From positions 47,988,001 to 48,052,000 of the forward strand of contig CM022665.1 of assembly GCA_012295275.1 (NCBI GenBank): a DNA stretch of 64,000 nucleotides, in the 5' to 3' direction. Numbering within the stretch: position 1 is the stretch's first letter; each line of letters begins with the position of its first letter. This document shows, in pieces, positions 44,092 through 57,465 of this stretch. This DNA comes from Chrysomallon squamiferum. Taxonomy: Eukaryota > Animalia > Mollusca. Both the position numbers and the translations under genes were made by a program. The notes below the pieces were generated by a model that did not search any database, had not been told where the DNA came from, and was given only the letters and a program-made list of their open reading frames with translations.

Positions 44092-47000
44092 ATGGCATAC
44101 ACATTTGTTTCATCGAAGCAACTGAAAGGACTTCTTAATGATGTTGAAAGGGTTCACAAGAAAGATATCAATGATTACACTGCAGGACATCTAAATGATA
44201 TGCACCTGCATCAGCATGCAGCACAGATCAACCGTAAATCATGGGCTAGTGCTGCAGCCAGCCACCTGACCAGGAAACCAGCAGTAGTCGAGAAACCAGC
44301 TGAAATCAGCTACAGAGACAGTCCCATGAAAGAAGCACTCTTCCAGTTTAGTCTGGGCACAGCAGGGAGTGTCCCATACCCCTCACCACAGGGCAAGACG
44401 AGTCGCTCTCCGACAAAACGGTGGGCAAAGTTTAAAGATGGAAGAAGCTCAACGACTTCAGACAAGTCTGTGTATTCAGAAATTGAAGACGAAGTTTTGG
44501 TGGAGGAGCTTCAGAATGATAAGATGATGATTCCTACTGATCGGTCTAAATGCATTGATGCACACAAATCTGATCTGAGTCCGCGATTGTTTGTGAAGAA
44601 AAGCTCTGTGAGACACATGTTCATTCCGATGCAGTCGTTTGGAATCACCAGACTTGACCAGTATCAGAACATGAAGGATTTTGAAAGCTGCATTCTCAGA
44701 ACCAAAGACACATCAGAAAAAAATATCTTGTTAGGAATGAAAAAAGTTCAGCACCATGAGAAGAAGCTTAAACAGGTAACTGATAGTTATTTAACTGATT
44801 TGAAAATAGAGAGAGAGAGAGTCACATCACTTTACATACAAATGTAAAGGCAAGAAGTAAAAATATTACAAAACATATAATCTGCTCACAGTCCTCTTAC
44901 CAGAAGTAAATGTGTAACTTAATCATACTACATAATTAAAACAATCAACTTTTTCTGATTAAGTTGTAATTTTCACATACAAAATCTCTTTTGGATGACT
45001 GTTAATTTTTTTTTTTTTGAGGACTGCATATGTGAAAAAACAATATAAAAAAATTAATGTGATGAAGTTATTTTATTTTACAGCAGCTGACTATGTATGA
45101 TCTACATGACACAGGTCCTAACTTCCACAAACTGCAAGTTTACAGTGACATCTTCGAAGATGTTATTCAAGAATCCCCCACCTTTTCCTACATTCTGGGC
45201 TGTATCAAGGTTTGTTTTGTGATATGAAAATTCTCTGCAAAAAAAGGTGTATTACGGTTCATATTACTGGCATTCATTTAACATGTAAACATCTTCTGAA
45301 ATGTTTGTTTTTAAAGAAATCTCGGAAATACAGGAATATTTCTGAAGACATGTCAGTTCAGTTGTCATATCTTTAAATGCTTAATTACAGTGACTGGCAA
45401 CAGAATCTGTTAGCTTTTTGTGATCGCATTCCTACACAAATTTTTTAACTTGATGTTTGTGAAACTTTAATGTTTTAATGTCAGACAATGTTACATTTTA
45501 TTAAATGGTAACACATGTCAGACAATGTTAGATTTTATTAAATGGTAACACATGTCAGACAATGTTAGATTTTATTAAATGGTAACACATGTCAGCCAGT
45601 TCTCTGATAATGACTTACAGGTGGAGTATGACAACTACATCACCAAACTTCTGGACAGCCAGACGACACAACATCATCTTCTACAGGAGCAGGTGGAGCA
45701 GATGGCATCGCGTGGCACGTCACGTCCCAAAGACCTCAAGTTCATCATCGACAAACTGAAAAGTCTCGAAACAATCGCACTGGACGAGCTCCATAAAACA
45801 CTGCGTAAAACACATTTTTATATGCATTGTTTGTCACATGACTTGTAATTTAATACAGCTCTGATGACAGTGCTACACATTTTTATATTTGTGTTTGCTC
45901 ATGTTAGGGTGTTGATGGTAATGAATGTTTGTGTTAAAATAATTGTAGTAGACATTAAGAATTGAAACTAATGGATGTTTGTGTTTCAAGTTGATAATAA
46001 CAGATGGTTGTGTTACAAGTTGATAATAACAGATGTTTATGTTACACATGTTGATAATAATGTGTGTTTATGATACATGTTAATAAAAGGGATTATGCAC
46101 TGATAATAACATGCTGATGTTTCAAGAATTGATAATAACATGTTACAAGTGCTGATATTAACATGTTGATGTTACAAATACTAATTGTAACATAATACTG
46201 TCATACATATTGATAGTAACATGTTCATGTTACAGATATTGATAGTTATGTATGTTACTGTTACAGGTTACGTGAACAACTTAAACAAGAATCAGAATGG
46301 CTGGCAAACTTCACTGAACAAGGTGAGAGTTTTCTACTAAACATACACTTTATTTCAGAGACAGTGCAGTCTAGCACTGAGAGATGAGTAGATGAAGTGT
46401 ATGTTTGTATTTCAGAGTCAGTGCAGTCTAGCACTGTTTGATGAGTAGATGAAGTGTATGTATTTGAGTCAGTGCAGTCTAGCACTGTGAGATTAGTAGA
46501 TGAAGTGTATGTTTGTATTACAAAGACAGTGCAGTCTAGCACTGAGATTAGTAGATGAAGTGTATGTTTGTATTACAAAGACAGTGCAGTCTAGCACTGA
46601 GATTAGTAGATGAAGTGTGTGTTTGTATTTCAGAGTCAGCGCAGTCTAGCACTGTGAGACAAGTAGATGAAATGTATGTTTGTATTTCAAAGACAGTGCA
46701 GTCTAGCACTGTGAGATTAGTAGATGAAGTGTATGTATTTGAGAGTCAGCGCAGTCTAGCACTGTGAGACAAGTAGATGAAGTGTGTGTATTTCAGAGTC
46801 AGTGCAGTCTAGCACTGTGAGATTAGTAGATGAAGTGTGTGTTTGTATTTCAGAGTCAGCGCAGTCTAGCACTGTGAGACAAGTAGATGAAGTGTGTGTT
46901 TGTATTTCAGAGTCAAACACAGTCTAGCACTGTGAGATTAACTAGATGAAGTGTATGTTTGTATTTCATGTGTCATATAGTCTAGCACTGAGATCAGTAG

Positions 47001-49094
47001 ATGAAGTGTATGTTTGTATTTCAGAGTCAGCGCAGTCTAGCACTGTGAGACAAGTAGATGAAGTGTATGTTTGTATTTCAGAGTCAGCGCAGTCTAGCAC
47101 TGTGAGGTCTATTGAGGAGGTGGAGGCTGACTTGGCTGATGAAGTGGAACATGTGAAAGCTCTGATTCTGGAGAAGCTGGATGCTGTGAATGCTCTGAGG
47201 ACTGAACTCAAAGACAACTGTGTCCCCCTCACTGTGTGCACTCACCTGGAACAGTGCATCAAAGAAACTGAGGTAACTTACGTTGCAGACACAACACCTG
47301 TTACATACATTGTAAACATGTAGCATACATTTTATTCATAACAGCTGTAACATACTGAAAAAACAATATCTGTAACATACACTGAAAATGTAAACACAGT
47401 TGTAGCATACATTGTAAACAAACTCTGTAACATGCACTGTGAATGCAATATGTGTAATATACACTATAAACCTATGATGTAATATATGTGTGTGTCTGTG
47501 TGTGTGTGTGTGTGTGTGTGTAACATGTAACACACTGAAACTCTAATATTGACGTGAACTTACTAAATAAGACCAATGCTGAGATGTTACTTGTTACAGA
47601 CTGAAGTACAGAAACTGGTAAAACATAACAAGTATTACAACATGTAACTTAATCACACTGATATTGTGATAGTGATGTGAAAGTGTTAAATAAAGACCAA
47701 TGCTGAGACATTGCTTGTTACAGACTGAAGTACAGAAACTGGTAAAACATAACAAGTATTACAACATGTAACTTAATCACACTGATATTGTGATAGTGAT
47801 GTGAAAGTGTTAAATAAAGACTGATACTGAGATATTGCTTGTTGCAGATTGAAGTGCAGAAACTGGTAAAACATAACAAGTATTACAACATGTAACTTAA
47901 TCACACTGATATTGTGATAGTGATGTGAAAGTGTTAAATAAAGACTGATACTGAGATATTGCTTGTTACAGATTGAAGTGCAGAAACTGCTGAAACAGAA
48001 TGAGTATTACGAGAGGAGCATTGCTGAGATGGAGAGTGACTTGAAGTTAGCCATTGTTGATGCTGACACCAGTGAGAAAGATGCCAAGTATGTGTTTGTA
48101 AATCACAGTTTATTTTTATATCACATTGTTGTAAATCTTGTTTGTAAATATTAGTGCTTTTGTAATTACAAATATTAGACAAGTCTTATTTGTAAATAAT
48201 ATATGATTCTCTGTTTTAAATATAAATATGAAGCTAGTAACTGTAACTACTTCATGGCATTTTTTTGTAAATACACCCTCCTGACAAAAATATATTTATT
48301 GTTATATGTAACACTTGTAATACATGTAACAGTTATGTGTTGTCATGTTAAATGTGTAAAGTTGTACAAGAAGTGAGATAGAAGTATACAGTGAAGTGTT
48401 GTATTAAATGTGTAAAGCTATACAAGAAGTGAGATAGAAGTATAGAGTGAAGTGTTGTATTAAATGTGTAAAGCTATACAAGGAGTGAGATAGAAGTACT
48501 AAATGTGTAAAGGAGTGAGATAGAAGTATGCAGTGAAGTGTTGTATTAAATGTGTAAAGCTATACAAGGAGTGAGATAGAAGTATGCAGTGAAGTGTTGT
48601 ATTAAATGTGTAAAGCTATACAAGAAGTGAGATAGAAGTATACAGTGAAGTGTTGTATTAAATGTGTAAAGCTATACAAGGAGTGAGATTGAAGTATGCA
48701 GTGAAGTGTTGTATTAAATGTGTAAAGCTGTACAAGGAGTGAGATAGAAGTATACAGTGAAGTGTTGTATTAAATGTGTAAAGCTGTACAAGGAGTGAGA
48801 TAGAAGTATGCAGTGAAGTGTTGCATTGAAGTGTTGTATTAAATGTGTAAAGCTATACAAGAAGTCAGAAGTATGCAGTGAAGTGCTGTATTAAATGTGT
48901 AAAGCTATACAAGGAGTGAGATAGAAGTATGCAGTGAAGTGTTGTATTAAAACATAAACTCGTTTTCATCCTTCAGACGTATTTGGAGGAAAGTGAACTC
49001 AAGAAAAGGAGTGCCAGGAGTTGGCACCAAGGCTGCCAACGAGGAAAGCGATGATGATGATGAAGAGAGCAAGTGGAACTGGTACATTTCGTAG
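44092..49094 (+). CDS. C6orf118: C6orf118-like coiled-coil protein with TSNAXIP1_N domain
   Basis: Exons 44092-44775, 45084-45209, 45621-~45804, 46267-46322, 47082-47272, 47972-48087, 48977-49094 (TAG). N-terminal LKGLLNDVERVHKKDINDYTAGHLN and central KLQVYSDIFEDVIQESPTFSYILGCIKVEYDNYITKLL resemble C6orf118 as I recall it. One junction (exon 3/4) is out of phase as assembled. Confidence 0.75.
46348..47107 (+). repeat. ~57-bp x~13 array spanning the acceptor and first ~26 nt of C6orf118-like exon 5
   Basis: Unit gtagatgaagtgtatgtttgtatttcag|agtcagcgcagtctagcactgtgagacaa; true acceptor at 47081. Confidence 0.93.
47565..48010 (+). repeat. 124-bp x~3.6 array spanning the acceptor and first ~39 nt of C6orf118-like exon 6
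   Basis: AG acceptors at 47599, 47723, 47847 and 47971 (true), with an exact 124-bp period. Confidence 0.92.
48348..48950. repeat. ~59-bp minisatellite ending ~25 bp before the last C6orf118-like acceptor
   Basis: Unit taaatgtgtaaagctatacaaggagtgagatagaagtatgcagtgaagtgttgtat. Confidence 0.88.
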
Positions 49095-49439
49095 TGAGAG
49101 AGTGAAGTTCAGTCAAGTTGTGTAACATAAAGTTACAGAGTAACTTGTAGAAATGGATTCTTTGACGCGTGTGATAAACATTGTGTAACAAACTGTATAA
49201 AAAAACCCAAAAACATTAAAAATAAACAGTATAAATAAACAGTGTAAATAAACTGTATAAATAAACTGTATAAATAAACTGTATAAAAAAAAACCCAGTA
49301 TAAATAAACAGTATAAAAAATAAACAGTATTAAACATTATTTCAACAACAAAACCAAAGGTTAAATATGTCTCTGATATTTGATATTTGCACTGTCACAT
49401 GGTACTTGATATCACACAATCACCAGTATTTGATTCACC

Positions 49440-50095
49440 AGTGATCAGTATACAGTGTCACTAATACAAGTTGCATGTGATCAGTATGCAACGTCACTAA
49501 TACAAGTTAGATGTGATCAGTATCCAGTGTCACTAATACAAGTTGCATGTGATCTGTATACAATGTCACTAATACAAGTTGCATGTGATTAGTATACATT
49601 GTCACTAATATAGTTAGATGTGATCAGTATACAGTGTCACTAATACAAGTTGCATGTGATTAGTATACAGTGTCACTAATACAAGTTGCATGTGATTAGT
49701 ATACAATGTCACTAATACAAGTTAGATGTGATCAGTATACACTAATATAGTCAGTATACAGTGTCACTAACACAATTTAGATATCAGTATACACTGTCGA
49801 TATGTGATCAGTATCAGTATAAAGTATACAATGTCACTAATACAAGTTAGATGTGATCAGTATACAGTGTCACTAATACAAGTGATATGTGATCAGTATA
49901 CAGTATCACTAATACAAGTTACATGTGACCTGTATAGTTTCACTAATATATTTGGATGTGATCAGTATACAGTGTCACTAATACAAGTTACATGTGATCA
50001 GTATACAGTGTCACTAATATAGTTAGATGTGATCAGTATACAGTGTCACTAATAAAATGTGTGTGATTGGTACGCTGTGTCACTATGTCACTAAT
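49440..50095. repeat. 36-bp minisatellite
   Basis: Unit gtgatcagtatacagtgtcactaatacaagttgcat. Confidence 0.88.
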
Positions 50096-50573
50096 TAAAG
50101 TTGATGACGAGTTTTTTTATCATTGTTTGAGTACATTTATTTATTTATTCATTCATTTATTTATTTATTTATGTTAGGTTATCTCTAGTTTATTTATATT
50201 ATTTTTGTGACTGTTTTGGAATGGCCGCGTATGCATTGTTTAGCTATTTATATGTTTCTGTTGATGTCAAAATCAAATTGTTAATGTACAGTAAAGAGGT
50301 GTGAATAGTGAAAAAAAAAAAAAAAAAAAAAAATAATAAACGTTCGATATTATTTAAATTCGATTTACAAGTTATATAATGCGTTCACTCTCTGTTGTAC
50401 ATGTTAGAATTAAAAGTAACAAAAGTGAAAGGATATGGTAATGTATGTTAGAGTACACAGCACACCCTTCTTTCAAATGCAAGTATGACTCTCTGGCTGG
50501 ACTGAGAACAATGGGGCCCACCTACCCCTGTGAGTTCTGTTATCTGATGGCGGAAGTGTTACTATACTGAAGC

Positions 50574-51093
50574 CAGGGCCGGGGCAAGGTTAGATTCTGC
50601 TGCCCCCCAGGTCTATATCAGTTTCAAAATTTAAAAACAATATTTTAAAAACATTTATTTTCAGCCTCCTTTCAGCGATCTCTAGAGGCGAGATTTTTCT
50701 GCGACGGACAATTAAATACCCCACGAGACCATTTCTTTCCTTGTTTATGCCATTAAAATAAGGAGTTACCGCCCTTAGTTTGGTTTCCGCGGCAAACTGA
50801 AGGTTTTGTAAACGCGTGATTCTTTGCATGTGAAAACACGCGAACCTAATTAGGTTCTTAAAGTTCCGTGTACGCGAGGTTTTCATTCACACGTTTTGCT
50901 TGTTCCCGGCAGCCTGAATCTACCCGATTATTTGTCCCTGTATGAATAAAACGAGGATAAAAAAATTACCTTCAATAAAACTGAAATTGATTTATTTATT
51001 TTTCAAAACTGTTGTTGGTTTGGAGAAATGCTCCCCCTGAAATCAGAGCCTAGGCTGCTGCCTAGTTTATCTGTGTGATAATCGCCGGATCTG
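50574..51093. mobile_element. Putative non-autonomous hAT-type element (MITE), ~520 bp
   Basis: Starts CAGGGCCGG and ends CCGGATCTG (imperfect TIR). Flanked by ACTGAAGC and TCTGAACC, a 6/8-matching candidate 8-bp TSD. GC-richer than its flanks. Confidence 0.55.
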
Positions 51094-51749
51094 TCTGAAC
51101 CTAGGGCACTTCTCAGCCTTTGGTTGGTTGAAAGGTTTTTTTTTATTACAACTGTGTAATACCTCGGTCAAAATCGTGCATTGCATGATATTAAAGATAG
51201 TGAAAGCTCAACCGATACGAAAAAGGTGAGAAAAAAATAGTTTTTTTGTCTGATGTAAATGTAACTGTTTGCTATTTTTGTAGGTGTATAGTGCTAGTGG
51301 GTGTATAGGAACTTATATAGGATGTTACATGTTTGTAGGTTAAGACATAGTTTTTGCATATGAGGATGAAAAAGTTGATTTCATCCCGCGCCCAAAAAAT
51401 TGCGTGCGGGCATTTTTATGTGTGGAGCCTTTTGCTGAACCAGGAAGCGGTCCGAGTATTGAACCAGCAGTCGAAATGTTGCGACATCTGGCGCTGCAGA
51501 ACAAGTGTGTGGTTTGATATTGTGCAGCGAGACTTGAAGTGGAAAGTTCAGGTCCCATCAACAGAACTCCTCGTCACAGAGACGTCACTGACACGTCACA
51601 GAGACGTCACAGTGACGTCACAGACAGCAGGAACACTATGGAACCTGACAATCAGCACTGTGCTCCACCCGAATCCGCAAGTGAAGATTTCGAACCTGAC
51701 AATGGAGACCATGAGTCGTGATCCGAGAGACCCAGAGAGAAGAGCGTCA

Positions 51750-51925
51750 CCAGGACTCGACATTGATGTCCTCTCTGAAACCAGTCGACGCTTCTACAAA
51801 TCAGTAAATAACCAGACACACAACTTCAAACACCGCCAGGACTCGACATTGATGTCCTCTCTGAAACCAGTCGACGCTTCTACAAATCAGTAAACAACCA
51901 GACACACAAATTCAAACACCGCCAC
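51750..51925. repeat. 86-bp tandem duplication
   Basis: caggactcgacattgatgtcctctctgaaaccagtcgacgcttctacaaatcagtaaa...caccgcca occurs twice. Confidence 0.9.
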
Positions 51926-53429
51926 AGATGAGGACTGACATTCAGTTGACTTTCGAGGTGACACAGTCAGATATCCTAAATCAAAAATGACGAATCATAT
52001 GTTGGAAAGCTTCAACTTATATGTGGATCTGGACAATGTTACTGACACAATGAATATGCTATTTTGAATCGATGTTTATTCCTTCCTTCCTTTTTTATCT
52101 TCTAATCTTAGTTTTAAATCTACATCTCATCTCAGTCTCAGTTAGGCGAAAGATAATGAAATTTAAATGGAATTGACAAAGGATACTCGGAATTTCCTAC
52201 CCTGAGTCACTTTGTCCTTACACTGAACCCGGGTTCTGTCTAAATGACGGGGCCCTGAACTGAACTTTTGTCAGTATTTTTTATTTCGTCCATAAAACTT
52301 GCAGCTTTTAAGTTAAACCTTTTGTTTTTACTTTACGGGGGTCTTAGGGAATCTAACATCTGTCTGTCCATCTGGACTGAGCGATGAGAGTCACGGGGAG
52401 GTACAGTTCCCCTGTTTACAGAAAATGTGGCCTTTCATGTTTACTGATACAACTTGAACTTATCATCGAGAATTGTTTCTAAAGACGAGCACACAGTCAG
52501 ATTATCATTGTCAATGTACACGAGTGGGTTTTACGTATTAAATCTGTTCTCGGAGATGCTGGCTGAACATAGATACTGTTAACACAGTGAACTCGTCTCA
52601 CTTCCATTTAAAAATCATGTATTGAAACAAGGCTTACTGATCAGTACTTAATACTGATAACTCGGCCAGAGCTTCAGATCATGAACTATTTAAAAATTAC
52701 TGCTACACTCAAGATTTACAGAGAGAAAACACTGCTGCCCATTGTCACGGTTTTCACATTCAGATAATAATCTTCTTACTGAAACGAGCAGAAAGAAAAG
52801 TATACTACTAGCAGACAGAATATGTCCACTGTACAATAATTATGAAACAGACACGAGTTTCATTATATATTTACATGTATGTTTTTAAGAATCAAAAGAA
52901 CCGTTACCTATATTTTCTGTCAGTCTAAACCAAAGTGTTCGTAAGATTTATAAATGATTTAACTCAACAAAAAAAAGATGGCTATTTAAAAAAAAAAAAA
53001 AAAAAAAAAAAAATAAAATGCTATGTTTTCCAGTTTAATCATGGTTTGTATTCCTAATCCTCTGTCTTATCTGTTATATATTTCTATACTTCATTGTAAA
53101 TCACCATCTTGTTAAAATTATATTAACTGTTGTATGTAAATATCCTCATAAGCCGAAACACGGCTTGAGTGTAATGAAATTCAGTTCACTTAGGCTGTCG
53201 TGAACGTAGCTGCATGGTGACGACACGATCTCTTTCTTTGGTTTGACATACGTCGTGCCACAAGTAACAAGTTATACTTTCATCTGTCACACTGCTTTCA
53301 CAGTCACTGAAACATCTGCTCTTTTCAACAGTTATGTTTACACACGAACCACATAGAAATACGTGAGGTAAATTTTAAACGCCTGTCAATATTCAATTGT
53401 TTTCTTCAGCGCGTAAAATTTAATGGTTA

Positions 53430-53990
53430 TTTTACTTAATGACAGCACGCGTTGAATATTAAAACTTTATGTTTATATATTTAATGACAGCATCTGTTGA
53501 ATGTTAAAACTTTATGTTAATTATTAATGACTACACGTTTAATGTTAAAACTTTATGTTAATTATTAACGACAGTACACGTTTAATGTTAAAATTTTATG
53601 TTAATTATTAATGACAGTACACGTTTAATGTTAAAACTTGATGGTATTTTTTTAAATAAAAGAACGTATAACAATGTTAAAATATGTTAATTAATGTTAG
53701 TATACGTATAATGTTAGAATATGATGTTAATTAATGATAGTGTATGTATAATGTTAAATTTATGTTAATTAATGTTAGTATATGTATAATGTTAGAATAT
53801 GATGTTAATTAATGATAGTGTATGTATAATGTTAAATTTATGTTAATTAATAATAGTGTACGTATAATGTTCAAATATGATGTTAATTAATGATAGTATA
53901 CGTATAACGTTAAAATACCATGTTAATTAATGATAGCATACGTATAATGTTAAAACTTTATGTTACTTAATAATGATAATAATTATAAAA
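53430..53990. repeat. Degenerate AT-rich ~40-bp minisatellite
   Basis: Recurring aatgttaaaactttatgttaattattaatgac / tatgttaattaatgatagtgtatgtataatgtt. Confidence 0.75.
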
Positions 53991-54436
53991 CTTTACGTTA
54001 CCTAACGATGGTATTACATAACGTTAAAACGAAGTTATTTAACAGTGCTAAACCGCGTTGTTACACGAGAAGGACGGAGACATTCTATCACACTGTCTGT
54101 GATGCATTGCCGGTTTGTGTCTCGTTATCGATTGCACAGACGTTTTGGGCAGTTCTTCATTTTGTCCGCTGTTAAGAAATATTTTCACATGTCTTTGCGG
54201 CGAGGTTAAACGTGAGACGTGTTATGTTACTGCGCTGTACCGTACTGCACGGAATCACTCAAGCGGAAGGTTGCACTAGACACACTGAAGTGAAAGGAAC
54301 AATACACGTCTGCTGCAGGAACTCTGGGGGCGTGTTTCCCCCCACACACAAAAAACTGTAAGTCTATTGATTTGTTATCAGCGGCAGGAAAAACGTTTCC
54401 ACGAAACCACGACAACACGTATCTCAGTGTTGTCTG

Positions 54437-54691
54437 CTTCTTCATCTTCTTCTGCTTCTTCTTCTTCTTCTCTTCTTCTTCTTCTTCTTATTATTATTAT
54501 TATTATTCTTATTATTATTATTATTATTATTGTTGTTGTTGTCGTCGTCGTCGTTGTCGTCGCCATCTTTGTTATTATTATTAGTAGTAGTATTAGTACT
54601 ACCACCATCATTATCATCATCATCGTTGTCATCGTCATTATTATTATTATTATTACTATTATTACTACTAGTAGTAGTAGCAGTAGCAGCA

Positions 54692-54745
<54 letters not shown>

Positions 54746-54800
54746 ATTATTATTACTATTATAATAATTATTATTACTATTATTATTATTATTACTATTA
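54437..54800. repeat. Compound trinucleotide microsatellite (CTT/ATT/GTC/ATC/AGT)
   Basis: Directly visible; source of several spurious ORFs. Confidence 0.92.
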
Positions 54801-55112
54801 TACGCCTCCATTGTATGAAACGTGATACGTCATAATCCGCCATGAAGTGTTTTAATACCCCAGTGATACACAGTCACACTTTACGTGTATGAAACTGATA
54901 GATATGTCACTGTGTGTAATACTGTCTGGAATGTTATTACATTGTTGTGCTATAGACATCTGTGTACATAACATCATATAAGTTATATAAATATCTTTTA
55001 TATAAAATATATATATATTAATTAATAAACAACATTTATTATAATAAAAATGTAGATAAATAAAGATACACGTTTAAAAATGTTATAATAACCGAAACGT
55101 TTAGTCGTTATT

Positions 55113-55149
<37 letters not shown>

Positions 55150-55951
55150 TTATTTTGTTTTCTTTATTCTTTTTTATATTATTTACATACACACACATAT
55201 AAAACGAATATATATATATATATATTCGTTTTTTCTTTTTTTTTCTTTCATAATCTAAGAAAAAATTATTAACAAACCAAAGCAGCAGCTGTAATGCTCT
55301 GCTGTATTACGTTAATAACATCATCAACGACGTCACCCTGGGATTTACGTGTGTAAGGAAAGGTAGATAATTCAGTCAGGTTATAATCGCGGTTTACTCT
55401 GGACAATTTCAGTTGTAATCAACTTTTTGTTAACATCGACCAAACTGACTGCATTCTGTTATATCCAGAGACGGAATTTAGAAAAAAAAACTACAAAAAA
55501 AAAAACTACAAAAAAAACAAACAACAAAAATCAAAAATCAAATAAATAAATAAATTTTTAAGGACTTTATCAAATCTCTAGTTTTAGGTAATTTATTTTT
55601 AATAAAACAATCCGAAATTTTTTTATCATATTTTTTCCTTTTACTAATAAGTTTATTTGATTACAAAATACACGTTGTTATTTTTAATTTGGACATGACT
55701 ATATGTTCTGAATATAAAGCAATATCTAATTAACTTACTTAATTGAAACAATACACTGCAGCAATGGCAAAGTACTTAACATGCATATAAACAGTGTAAG
55801 CTGAACTTGTTAAAAAAAAATACAGTATGTGTCTGCTATAAATATTACACTGTGTCTGTTACTGATCATTTTATGTAATACCAGCATGAACGATATCGTT
55901 TGAATATTCTAGGTTGCTTTACCTCAGATGACGTCATAAGACATCGCTAGA

Positions 55952-56372
55952 ATGACGTCACCGGTTTGCGGCTATCTTGTGACAGCCAGGCGGACTTTCT
56001 ATTGCTTTCAAGCAGTGGCTGGTTACGTCATCAGATCCCAGACTCGGCTCATGTCGACACTGTCTGCACGGCTAAGAAGGATGTCGGTGTTTTGCTCCAC
56101 TAATGTGCCTTTGCTGTGCACAATATGTGCTTACGTCACAATCAGCAGCGGTTTAATGGTGTTGTTGTTCGTCGTGTGCTACACAGCCGTCTCCTCGCAC
56201 ATATACAGACTGCTGCACAGTGACAACGTCGTAGACATCAACAACGTAGTTCTGGCAAACGAGGTGTACGTGAAAAGGATATCGTCCATCATTGACAGCA
56301 TGAAGTCCCAGAATCCAGTGTTTAGTGACGTCACAAAACTCACATCGTGTCCCACAATTCCAGTCGACCTTG
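55952..56372 (+). CDS. Alternative first coding exon A of a type II Golgi glycosyltransferase, probably GT7 (B4GALT/bre-4-like); start may be 55952, 56051 or 56081
   Basis: Hydrophobic TM (ISSGLMVLLFVVCYTAV), stem, ending SCPTIPVDL G|gtgagt (phase 1). GT7 first exons typically end at the CP....L motif before the catalytic domain. The catalytic exons are not in the window. Confidence 0.55.
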
Positions 56373-57187
56373 GTGAGTACTTGATATGTTTATCTGTTTA
56401 CCACTTCCGTGGATTACAACTAATTACACCATTAATCTACTTAGTGTCTACACCTGTTCTAGTCTTGTTACTCGTTTAGCAAGACCGCCTACACTTAGTC
56501 TACTAATTTTACTAGTTTTCTCTTTAGTGAGATTTATTTGTGTTTTTATTGTAGTCATACATACAGACATACACAAGTACGTACATATACATACATACAC
56601 ACAGATATATACACACATACACACACATACATACACATACATAAACCCATATACATAATACATACATATACACATATACATATTATATATACACACACAT
56701 GCATGCATACACACATACATCCATACATATATTCATATATACATATATACATATATACATGCATACATACACACACTTATACATACATGTATACACTCAT
56801 ACACGTAACATACATAAATTTAGCAGAAGAGACAATAACAACTATTACATGATGACAAGGAAATCAGCGTTGTAGATTGTGTTGTTGTTTTGTACAGATT
56901 ATCTATGAGATTGAATAACACGTAACAGGAAATCAGCTTTGAACTTTGTGCTGTTGTTTTATACACGTTATCTATGAGACTGAATAACACAATACATCAT
57001 ATCAAGAAAATCAGCTTTGAAATGAGATTGAATAACAAACGTGTCTAAACCAAATTTCTTATCCACAATAACAGATTATGAATTATTTTATTTTTATGAG
57101 GTTTAAAATTTTCATTTTAAAACTGAGGCCTATAAAGCGAGGGGGGGGGGTATTCATTCTGTACAAACTGATGAGGCCACACAATAA

Positions 57188-57465
57188 ATGTTGACATTTT
57201 GCCCATTGACATTAAGACCATTCACATACGTTGACATTTTTTCAGTTGACAATAAGTCCATTCACATACTGACCGTCGACATTTTTTCTGTTGATATTTT
57301 GTGCGTTGGAATTTTTTCTGTTGACATTACGCTTGTTCACATATTGCCTGTTGACATATTGACTGTTGACACTTTGTATGTTGATATTTTGTGTGTTGAT
57401 ATTTTGTGTGTTGATATTTTGTATGTTGATATTGCCCGTTCACATGTTAACCGTTGACATTTTGT
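57188..57465. repeat. 15-bp degenerate repeat (gttgacattttg-type)
   Basis: Recurring gttgacattt/gttgatattt at 15-bp spacing. Confidence 0.75.

Noticed and set aside
54367-54843. Poly-I/Y/S/N ORFs
   Set aside because: Trinucleotide microsatellite artefacts
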